From: PVC group bacterium | Lineage (GTDB): Bacteria; Auribacterota; Erginobacteria; Erginobacterales; Erginobacteraceae | Assembly (NCBI GenBank): GCA_043804695.1 | Contig: JAZDIV010000152.1 | Location: forward strand, 1 to 32,562 | Reading direction: 5' to 3' | DNA length: 32,562 nt | Part shown: one piece after another, positions 24,580 through 32,562 of the stretch | How positions within the stretch are numbered: position 1 is the first letter of the stretch | Layout: the number at the start of each line of letters is the position of its first letter | The notes under the pieces: generated by a model | Told to the model about the DNA's origin: nothing | The model's database searches: none | The model's input: only the letters and a program-made list of their open reading frames with translations | Made by a program: the position numbers and the translations under genes

Positions 24580-25980
24580 ATGATGTTTTATCGACCGCTC
24601 AATGTCAGGCGAACTGTTTGTCTGCTGCTGTTCCTGGCCGGCATGTCATCCATTCCGTCGTCCGCCCCATCCGCGGATGACGGCGTCCCCGTCTCGGCGC
24701 GGAGCAGCTTCCCCACTTCGCCGTCGACCCCGACCGGGACGGTGCCGCCCCGAGAGTACCCACCGGCGGAGGGGAGTAGCGCCCGGGAAAAGGCCGAACA
24801 GGCCAGGCTGGAAGCCGACTCAGCCCTGAAGGAGGCCGAACTCCAGGAAAAGACGGTCGTGGTTGAAAAGAAGAAAGCCGCGGTGGAATTAAAGGAAGCG
24901 GAACTGGCCAGAGAAGAAGCCGAGGTCATACAGAAAGGTAATGCCAGCGAGGAGAAAATAAATGAGGCGATCGCCCGGGCCGAAAAAGAAATAGCGGAAG
25001 CCCGGATTGCCCGTGAAAAGGCCCGGATCGCTGAAGAAAAAATGGTCGCCGCCCAGGAGCAGGCAGAGCTGGCGGCGGGTGAACTGGAGCTGGCGCAAGA
25101 GCGGGCGGCCCTGGCGGAAGAGGAGAGCCGCGGCCAACAGAGCGCCCTCTATAGCAAGCTGATCAGGACCGGCCTGGTCCTGCTGATCGGGTATCTCCTG
25201 ATCTTCGCCCTGATCAAGATTATCAACACACATATCAAGGTTCTCCGGACGCAGCACCTGATCAGGAAGAACGTTATTTATTTTCTCAACCTCCTGATCA
25301 TCCTCCTGATTATCTTCATCTGGCTCCAGCACATCAGCTCCATCACCATCTTCATCAGCGCTGTCGGCGCCGGGGTGGCCCTGGCCCTCCAGGAGGTCAT
25401 CCTCTGCACGGCCGGCTGGCTGGTTATCCTGATGCGCCGCCCTTTCGAGGTGGGGGACCGGATCGAGTTCGGAGATGTCAAGGGAGATGTCATAGACATT
25501 CAAATCCTGCAGACTTCTCTCCTGGAGCTCGGCAACTGGGTGAATGCCGACCAGAGCACGGGGAGGATCGTCAACGTTCCCAACAGCGCCATCTTCAAGA
25601 AACCCACCTTCAACTACAGCCGGGGTTTTGAGTATATCTGGAACGAACTCAGGGTCCTGGTCACTTTCGAGAGCGACTGGAAACGGGCGGAGGAGATCAT
25701 GCTCCGTCACGCTGTTGCCCGGGCGGAGGGCATGGAGGAGATCGTCAAGAGAAAGATTAAAAGGATGTCCCGCAGGTACATGATCCATTACGGGAAGCTG
25801 ACGCCGATTGTCTATGTGAATATCAAGGACAGCGGGGTCGAACTCACGTTGAGATATCTGACCGACGCCAGGAAAAGGCGCTCCACCGAAGACGAATTCT
25901 CACGGAGAATCCTGGAGGACTTCGAGAAAGAGGAAAAGGTCAATTTCGCCTATCCGACGTACCGGATAGTGAAGGAATAA
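24580..25980 (+). CDS. MscS-family mechanosensitive channel with N-terminal coiled coil
   Basis: GAGVALALQE, RPFEVGDRIE, GDVIDI, QSTGRIVNVPNS, FAYPT. Confidence 0.9.
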   Translation: MMFYRPLNVRRTVCLLLFLAGMSSIPSSAPSADDGVPVSARSSFPTSPSTPTGTVPPREYPPAEGSSAREKAEQARLEADSALKEAELQEKTVVVEKKKAAVELKEAELAREEAEVIQKGNASEEKINEAIARAEKEIAEARIAREKARIAEEKMVAAQEQAELAAGELELAQERAALAEEESRGQQSALYSKLIRTGLVLLIGYLLIFALIKIINTHIKVLRTQHLIRKNVIYFLNLLIILLIIFIWLQHISSITIFISAVGAGVALALQEVILCTAGWLVILMRRPFEVGDRIEFGDVKGDVIDIQILQTSLLELGNWVNADQSTGRIVNVPNSAIFKKPTFNYSRGFEYIWNELRVLVTFESDWKRAEEIMLRHAVARAEGMEEIVKRKIKRMSRRYMIHYGKLTPIVYVNIKDSGVELTLRYLTDARKRRSTEDEFSRRILEDFEKEEKVNFAYPTYRIVKE

Positions 25981-26026
25981 TTGAATCGGGTTTTCACTGC
26001 GGTTCGAATACCTGAAAGGCAAGCGG

Positions 26027-27097
26027 ATGCCCGGGTTGAAGAGAAAAACAAGGAGAGTAAAGCAGGCCGGCCTTCCTCCCGGAACCCTGGTCTACGTCGG
26101 GGATAAGCAGGAAGAAGCGCCCCGGATCACCGTCATCGATTACGATGAATCGAAGTACCGGGAGGAAGAAGTCGCCGCCGTCGAGGACTGTTTCCCCTTT
26201 AAAGACCGGCCGACGGTAACCTGGATAAATATCGACGGACTGCGCCGGGTCTCGGTCATCGAACAGATAGGAAAGCACTTCGGTCTCCATCCCCTGGTCC
26301 TGGAGGATATCGTTAATACCTACCAGCGTCCGAAGATGGAGGACTTCGGCCAGTACATCTTCCTGGTGCTGAAGATGCTTTCCTATAACGATAAGGAAAA
26401 GGAAATAGTCATCGAGCAGGTCAGCCTGATCCTCGGCGCCGGCTTTGTTATCTCGTTCCAGGAGCAAGTCGGGGACGTATTCGATCCCATCAGGAAAAGG
26501 CTGAGGGAACAGAAAGGCCGGCTCAGGAAAGCGGGCGCCGACTACCTGGTCTATTCCCTGATCGACATGATCGTCGACAACTACTTCACTATACTGGAAA
26601 AACTGGGTGATCGCATAGAAGACCTGGAAGACGTACTGATCTCCCGGACCGGACCGAGATCCCTGCAGTTCATCCAGGGGTTAAAGAGAGAGCTGCTCCT
26701 GCTGAAGAAATCGGTCTGGCCGCTGAGAGAGGTGATCAGCGGCCTGGAAAGAGGCGAATCCCCGCTCATCTCCGACTCGACGGGAATCTACTTCCGGGAT
26801 GTGTACGACCACACCATCCAGGTCATCGACACCGTTGAGACCTACCGGGACATGGCCTCCGGGATGGTCGATACCTACCTCTCCGGCCTCAGCAATCGGA
26901 TGAACGAGGTGATGAAGGTGCTGACCATCATCGCCACCATCTTCATCCCCCTTACCTTCATTGCCGGCGTTTACGGAATGAACTTCCAGTACATGCCCGA
27001 ACTCAGGTGGCGCTGGGGATACCCGGCGGTTCTGAGCCTGATGCTCCTGGTCGTTCTCGGCATGCTCTCCTATTTCCGGCGGAAAAAGTGGCTTTAA
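26027..27097 (+). CDS. corA: Magnesium/cobalt transporter CorA
   Basis: GLPPGTLVYVG, LHPLVLEDI, QRPKME, YFRDVYDH, GVYGMNF.MPEL signature. Confidence 0.96.
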   Translation: MPGLKRKTRRVKQAGLPPGTLVYVGDKQEEAPRITVIDYDESKYREEEVAAVEDCFPFKDRPTVTWINIDGLRRVSVIEQIGKHFGLHPLVLEDIVNTYQRPKMEDFGQYIFLVLKMLSYNDKEKEIVIEQVSLILGAGFVISFQEQVGDVFDPIRKRLREQKGRLRKAGADYLVYSLIDMIVDNYFTILEKLGDRIEDLEDVLISRTGPRSLQFIQGLKRELLLLKKSVWPLREVISGLERGESPLISDSTGIYFRDVYDHTIQVIDTVETYRDMASGMVDTYLSGLSNRMNEVMKVLTIIATIFIPLTFIAGVYGMNFQYMPELRWRWGYPAVLSLMLLVVLGMLSYFRRKKWL

Positions 27098-27138
27098 CCT
27101 GATTTATGCCTGCCTGCCAGCAGGCATAAATCAGGTTA
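27095..27138. terminator. Perfect 19-bp-stem hairpin at the corA stop (terminator or REP-like)
   Basis: TAACCTGATTTATGCCTGC-ctgcca-GCAGGCATAAATCAGGTTA. Confidence 0.6.
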
Positions 27139-27201
27139 GCTTTGAACAATGACAACAAAGTGAGCTAAATAACGGCATTCTCCAATCGGAAGGAGAAATC
27201 T

Positions 27202-28347
27202 ATGCTGACGAAGAAATACAACGCTTTCCGGCGGGAAGTGAAGAAGAGCCTCAACGGCATCACGAAGAAAAAGAAGAAGATAACCGAGCCCGCGTTCGAG
27301 TGGTTCATTAAAAGCCTCCTCTCTAAAACCGGCCTCTTCCTGAAAGACACGGTTTACTGCCGGGACGGGTTTGTTTGCGTCAACGAGCTGGACTCACACA
27401 CCTTTCAGCTGCTCTGTTTCCAGATCAACTCCTTCGGGGAGGGCATCTTCGGTCCGAAGATAAAAAAGCTCTGCACGCCGATCCTGATGACCGTTCGGGT
27501 TCACGGCAGCCACCATTTTCTCGATCACAGTCTGCGGGACTCCTGCATCTCGATCGAGGATTTCTACCTGGGCCGGCAGTTCACCGGGAGCAAGGGTCCT
27601 CTCTGCGATCGGGACGATTTCAATAAACATGCCCGTATGCTCTTTCTCTCCGGGGGCGGAATCTATTCCTTCAATCACCACATCATCTACCAGTTGATGA
27701 ACGCCAATTACCTCTGTCACCACATCGCCGAGGTGGTGGGCTACGCCTTCGGGGCGCTGGATATTTTCTGGTCGAAAAAACAGAAACTCTTCTTTCTCTC
27801 TTCGGGTTCCCGGTTCAGCCCCGAACGGGACAAGCTCTATATAGACATCATCGATGATTTTTCGGGTGAAAAAATGCGGGGATACTTCCAGGTCCCCCAT
27901 TACGCAACATTGATGGGAAATATCGAGAAGTTCAAGGAAGAGTTCGATATCATGATTTGGGAGGTGACCTACAGGAATGAGATCGAAACGTTCCTGCTGC
28001 CGGTGGGCTACCAGAAGGTGCAGAAGAGGATGTTTCACAAGAACGTCAACGTCGTCACCACCCAGCACAGCATCGAGCATGTCCTGGTTGAGTACTACCG
28101 GCGTAAAAACGCCTTTGTCGTCGCCGGTACCTTTCAGATCCTCGAGTACCTTTCCCGGGCGATGATAGCCAAGATAAAAGGCCGGGACACGGAAGGGATG
28201 GCGTTCCTGAAGAGTGCCTCACTCTGCCTGGGGCATTACCCGGAGCGTGATTTCAACGAGTTCTACCGGAAGCGGGAAGATAGATATTCCGCTTTCCGGA
28301 GCGAGTGTTCCCACACCATGTTCTTCCGCCCCCCGGTCCTGCTGTAG
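27202..28347 (+). CDS. Hypothetical protein (381 aa)
   Basis: AAGGAG RBS; long ORF with GC3-rich codon usage; no motif recognised. Confidence 0.75.
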   Translation: MLTKKYNAFRREVKKSLNGITKKKKKITEPAFEWFIKSLLSKTGLFLKDTVYCRDGFVCVNELDSHTFQLLCFQINSFGEGIFGPKIKKLCTPILMTVRVHGSHHFLDHSLRDSCISIEDFYLGRQFTGSKGPLCDRDDFNKHARMLFLSGGGIYSFNHHIIYQLMNANYLCHHIAEVVGYAFGALDIFWSKKQKLFFLSSGSRFSPERDKLYIDIIDDFSGEKMRGYFQVPHYATLMGNIEKFKEEFDIMIWEVTYRNEIETFLLPVGYQKVQKRMFHKNVNVVTTQHSIEHVLVEYYRRKNAFVVAGTFQILEYLSRAMIAKIKGRDTEGMAFLKSASLCLGHYPERDFNEFYRKREDRYSAFRSECSHTMFFRPPVLL

Positions 28348-28355
28348 ATCGACGC

Positions 28356-28690
28356 ACCTGATTGTCGCCTTGCGCGGCAAGTGAATCAATTAATCAGCTA
28401 GAGCCGGTCCTCCCCCTACATAAAGACCCCCGTCACCTTGTGTGACGGGTGAATGAGTTTGTCAGCTAATACCAGCGCCAGAAAAGTCCAGAGACCCCTG
28501 CCGCCTTGTGCGGCAGGTGAATGAGTTCATTAGCTATGTACTTTTATCGATCCCGGATTGGGGGGCGGATCCAGCGGCTAGCTTTTGAACTTCCTCCCCT
28601 GCTACACAAGGTGGCAGGGGCCGTTTTTTGTTTTAAACTCTGATGTAGCTATTGAACTTATACTCCGGCGAGATAAACTCGCCGGGGGTA
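28356..28690. repeat. Array of five ~45-bp hairpin repeats (3 direct, then 2 inverted)
   Basis: Plus-strand units 28356-28400, 28424-28468, 28492-28536; minus-strand units 28579-28623, 28646-28690. Each has a 7-8-bp stem, a 5-nt loop and a tail ending AGCTA. Confidence 0.8.
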
Positions 28691-28799
28691 TTTGTCAAAT
28701 TCATTCTTATGACATAACAGCTATTGTGCATAATTCCCTAATCTCAGAAGGTATCCGTGACTCCTGCCGCGAGATTGCGAGCCATTTTTCGGGATTATG

Positions 28800-30050
28800 T
28801 CATGGGTGGATAAGCTCAGCGGCGCCATCCGGTTGAACCACTCTTCCCAGAAAGAGGATACAGCCGGTCCGGTTATGGCGGATCAGAAAGAGAAAAGGAT
28901 GGTCGGCTTTGAAGATCTTCGGCGCTTCCGGGTCGAAGGCAGCGCCGGCCATGGCGACGGCAGTGGCGGCGGCGGCCTCGGTCCCCTCCTCGTCCACCGA
29001 AACAAAGGCCTGGTGGAGGACGGCGGAAATGGCCAGCCCCGCCTCGCTGGAGATGCCGGAGAAGTCGGCCTTCTCCGGGTCAAAGGCGTCAACCATGCCC
29101 AGCTTTTCGAGCGTGTCGGCCATCCCGAACTCCGAGGTGAACTTGAACCGGGGGAGACTGAGATCGACTTTGGTCCGGGTGATCCCGCCGAGCCATCCAT
29201 CGACCCGGTCTTTCGTGAGCATCCCTTCCAGTTTTGTCAGGCCGTCTCTCTCTCTGGGGAGGAGTATAACCATCGAGAGGTCATATCCGGTATAGGGCAG
29301 CTCGACGGCTAAAAGGTCTCCGGTCTCCAGGTAGCCGAAACTGTGGACCTGGCGCATCATCGGGACCGTGACAGTTTTATTCCCGCCCGGATAGAAGGGC
29401 GCGTCTTTGGTCGCGTTCTTAAAGAACGGTTCCGCCCAGTTGCTTTTGAAATAGACGGCATTGGTCAGCACCAGTCTGGTCAGGGCGGTTATCGCTCCCG
29501 GGGGAACAAGATTTTTAATCTTATCGTGCGTCTTTCCGGCAACCCAGGTATTGATGATTTTGCGGGCATCTTCACTCTCTTTGAAGTCAACCTCGTTGAG
29601 TCCAGCCATGAAAGATGTCCCCAGTATCCGGATGAAATCCTCCCGGAAGGGATATCCTCTCTGTCCCCAGAGAGCGTTGGCGATGATCATCTGGTAAGCC
29701 GGCTGGTCATTCAATCGCCGGGGATTGTTAATCGTTTCGAGCAGCATTTTAAATCCGGTCGGTGCGCGGTCTTCACTCGCCAGACCGAGGATGCTGTTCA
29801 TCTGTTTCGCCGTCTCACCTTTAGCCCCGGTTGCGGTCATGGCCAGGGCGGTCTCCAGGCTGGCCGGGGAAAAGAAGATGTTTCCCTCCTTCCCGGCGAG
29901 TTCCCGGTAAAGCGAGAAGGCGAAGCCGTTCATCCCGCTCACCACCGCGGAGATCGCCTCTTCACCCGCGGCCGGGGAAACGGGTGCCCCGGATTCCGGT
30001 GAAGCCCCGGCCGCCAGCGCCAGAAGTAAAATGGTGACTGATATATTCAT
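28800..30050 (-). CDS. Serpin (serine protease inhibitor), secreted
   Basis: GNIFFSPAS, INTWVAGKTHDKI, LVLTNAVYFKSNW, hinge VDEEGTEAAAATAV, FKADHPFLFLI; signal peptide from ATG 30050. Confidence 0.95.
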   Translation of the reverse strand: MNISVTILLLALAAGASPESGAPVSPAAGEEAISAVVSGMNGFAFSLYRELAGKEGNIFFSPASLETALAMTATGAKGETAKQMNSILGLASEDRAPTGFKMLLETINNPRRLNDQPAYQMIIANALWGQRGYPFREDFIRILGTSFMAGLNEVDFKESEDARKIINTWVAGKTHDKIKNLVPPGAITALTRLVLTNAVYFKSNWAEPFFKNATKDAPFYPGGNKTVTVPMMRQVHSFGYLETGDLLAVELPYTGYDLSMVILLPRERDGLTKLEGMLTKDRVDGWLGGITRTKVDLSLPRFKFTSEFGMADTLEKLGMVDAFDPEKADFSGISSEAGLAISAVLHQAFVSVDEEGTEAAAATAVAMAGAAFDPEAPKIFKADHPFLFLIRHNRTGCILFLGRVVQPDGAAELIHP

Positions 30051-30261
30051 CGATAGCCCCCTCCTCCGTTTCGTCAGGCGACAGGTGATCATTTGGACGG
30101 CAATCGGATGCTTTAATTCATATTTTCAGCTCAGCGTCTCTTCCCGGTTTAGGCCGGTAAAAATTTACCATGAAAAGCTCTCCCGGGAAAGACGGGATCG
30201 GTTGTTGAATTCATTTCAAAATCCCGCGTAGTTTAGTATGATATCCCAGGAAAGGGTCCGC

Positions 30262-30744
30262 ATGAAAGAAAACAAGATACATTTAAAAAGATGGTTCATC
30301 CCGGCAGCGGCAGTCGGGGGCGTCATCCTCCTTGCCGTCTGGCAGATCCCCCGGATGCGCGAAAAAGTTCGCGCCGACGACCTGAGGATGTACGACTACC
30401 GGGATACCCGGCGGCTGGTCACCCTGACCGCCCGGGCGGCTGATTTGGTCGAGGAGAGAGGGGAAGAAGCATTTAAGGAGTTCAATCAAGAGCCGGAGAG
30501 GTGGTCGCTCGATGGCAACTCCTACCTCTCCAGCCTCAGCAATCGGATGAACGAGGTGATGAAGGTGTTGACCATCATCGCCACCATCTTCATCCCCCTC
30601 ACCTTTATTGCCGGCATTTACGGCATGAACTTCCAGTACATGCCCGAGCTCAGGTGGCGCTGGGGATACCCGGCGGTCTTATTCCTGATGCTTTTAATCG
30701 TGCTCGGCATGCTCTCCTATTTCCGGCGGAAGAAGTGGCTCTGA
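30262..30744 (+). pseudogene. Chimera: membrane-anchored Cache-like sensor N-terminus fused to a duplicate CorA C-terminus
   Basis: TM helix + AADLVEERGEEAFKEF..SYL, then a 224-bp copy (30521-30744) of corA 26874-27097. Confidence 0.8.
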
Positions 30745-30909
30745 ACTAATCTGCCCATTGCTCTCCGAAATTATCTTGCCGCCGGCATCAAAGCGGGGCA
30801 AAAAATTTGTCTGTGTTCATGCCGCCAGGAAGGGAAAAATGAATTTGCCCCGGATGATATGTTTTTTCGAAAATTTCGGGGATATACTGAATATAATTTT
30901 TGAATTTAT

Positions 30910-31838
30910 CTAAGCCCAAGAGTGTCTGGAAACCCGCCAGTGGAGTTTTGCGACGGTTGAAACGGAAAACAAATTCATCGAGGTAGCATTGAAGGTATTT
31001 GGGATCAACGCCATGGTGGGTGCCATTCAACCACGTTTTCAGATTGACGAACGCGCGGTGAATATGATGGACCTGCGTATCGAAGGGATAAAGCTCATGT
31101 CGGTAGAGCGCCAAAGCCGTTTCGGAGTAGCCCTTCCATCCATCGGTATAAACCTCGGTTCCTGGTTCTGCGTTTTCCCCCAAAAAACGACGAATCGAGG
31201 AAGCATCGGCTCGCTGCGTCAGCGCCAGGCGAAGACGCCCCGCTTTTTCCAGGTAGGCTCCATACTTGTCGGTATAGGCGATGACTTCGACCGCACCGAA
31301 AACCAAGGTACTATGCTCTGCCTTGGTTACTCCGCGACCTCTTTTCCATCTGACGGGGCCGCCGACAATGGTTTCATCGGTCTCCACGCGACCCTTCAAA
31401 AGAGATCGCTTGTCGTTAAGCATGCCCCACCGCAGACGGTGCAACACGAACCAAGCCGTCTCGTAACTGCATCCCAATTGACGCTGTAGTTACTTGGCAC
31501 TCATGCCGGGGGTGTGGGTTGCAACTAAATAGGCCGCCCAAAACCAATCTTGTATGGGAAGATGGCTACGATGAAGAATCATCCCTGCAGAGACTGACGC
31601 CTGATGCCCGCATTACTGACATTCGTGGGCATGCCGGCTTGGAAGCTACCAATTCCGCGAACAAATCACACTTCGGACAGCGAAACCCTTCGGGCCAACG
31701 GCTCTGCGAAAGATACTCCCAGCAGGCAGCATCATTTAAAAACCTCTGCCGGAACTCACGCAAGCCGGTCGGAAATGTTGGTCTTGTCATCGGCATAAGC
31801 ATGCCAAAATGTCTCAACCTGCATCAAGTGGATAAGCA
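30910..31838 (-). mobile_element. Decayed IS1595-family element (transposase pseudogene)
   Basis: Zn ribbon RWPEGFRCPKC; VETDET, YTDGWKGY, LKTWLNGTHHGV..YLQCYLDEFVFRFNRR; frameshift and internal TAG/TAA stops near 31490-31660; probable left end TGCTTATCCACTTGA at 31838. Right end not found, so the left coordinate is approximate. Confidence 0.88.
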
Positions 31839-32207
31839 TCTGGGCATTAAATGGGTAAAAAATTGGGTTGCTAATAGTTCACGATTTTTATACTATTTTG
31901 CTATATCTACCCGAGAGAGAGTAGTACCAGGGGTAGCGGTAGCGTAACCCTAAAAAATCGCCAAGGAACTCCACCTCAAGATTGTTAAAATTATAACTCG
32001 ATTGTTTCCTTATGCTGTCTCACTGACAACTCAATAAGGGGGTCTGAATCAAGATCGGGCCCGAAAAGGAGGATGCCATGAAAAGATTGGCGCTGTTCTT
32101 TGTAGTTTTCTTCAATAAGTGTTCACATCAGTCAGCTTAAGTGTGCATTTTCACCGGGATATGAAGATAATTGCTATTCTGCAAATGCCGTAAAAGGAGA
32201 AAAATAG

Positions 32208-32381
32208 ATGAAAATAATAGCGAAGATGAGTTTTTTACTTTGTTTTATTAGTGGAAGCGTCAACGCCATGAATGGAGATATGACCCAGGTTTGTGGCGGT
32301 TATTATATAATCGAGGATTGCTACGATTTGCAAGCCATTCCAGATTATGGATTGGATAAGAACTATCGATTAGCTAATGAC
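32208..32381 (+). pseudogene. 5' fragment of a secreted GLUG/MBG-type surface protein interrupted by IS256
   Basis: AAGGAG RBS; signal peptide; YYIIEDCYDLQAI...LDKNYRLAND resembles the N-terminal motif of such proteins; frame runs into the IS end. Confidence 0.55.
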
Positions 32382-32562
32382 GAGATATTGTCAAATGTTG
32401 TGGATGAGAATCTGTTGAGCGCTTCCTTCCGGTCTTACCTTACGCCACCTGTTCTATAATCCCATCAATGAACTTAACGCCTTGTATGACCAGGATGATA
32501 AGTTCCGATTTGTTCAATCGCCTCCAGTGTTTCTCGGCCTGCTCGGCCAGCTTGTAAACCAT
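32382..32562 (-). mobile_element. IS256-family element, right end with transposase C-terminus (32440->32562)
   Basis: MVYKLAEQAEKHWRRLNKSELIILVIQGVKFIDGIIEQVA*, followed by terminal ...ATCCACAACATTTGACAATATCTC. Confidence 0.85.

Noticed and set aside
28356..28536. CRISPR array interpretation of the 68-bp-period repeats
   Set aside because: The units are too divergent (covarying stems), two further copies are inverted, and no cas genes are present. Reported as a REP-like array instead.

Overview
GC-rich bacterial window. From left to right it contains: (1) a minus-strand TetR-OMF-MFP-AcrB RND efflux operon that runs off the left edge, and a divergent TolC + MacA-like pair with no ABC partner; (2) a hicAB toxin-antitoxin pair; (3) a ~10.2 kb minus-strand type I restriction-modification locus (hsdM, internally deleted rhuM, an hsdS'/'hsdM scar, yhcG, hsdS, fic, hsdR) bounded by integron attC-type core sites; (4) a secreted FG-GAP/VCBS-repeat protein; (5) a polyamine cluster (pyruvoyl arginine decarboxylase, deoxyhypusine-synthase-like protein, agmatinase); (6) mscS, corA, an orphan ORF, a serpin and a chimeric corA tail; (7) a decayed IS1595 and the end of an IS256. 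The most striking signal is a family of 12 short palindromic elements (CCTGYCTG-N11/14/17/20-CAGRCAGG, all multiples of 3 bp) inserted in frame in hsdR, fic, rhuM and hsdM. One is nested inside another. Two bracket an apparently intact GIY-YIG nuclease domain, forming a 297-bp in-frame insertion next to the HsdR nuclease active site. This suggests a GIY-YIG-associated, frame-preserving mobile palindrome system. All calls were made by eye; no database searches were run.
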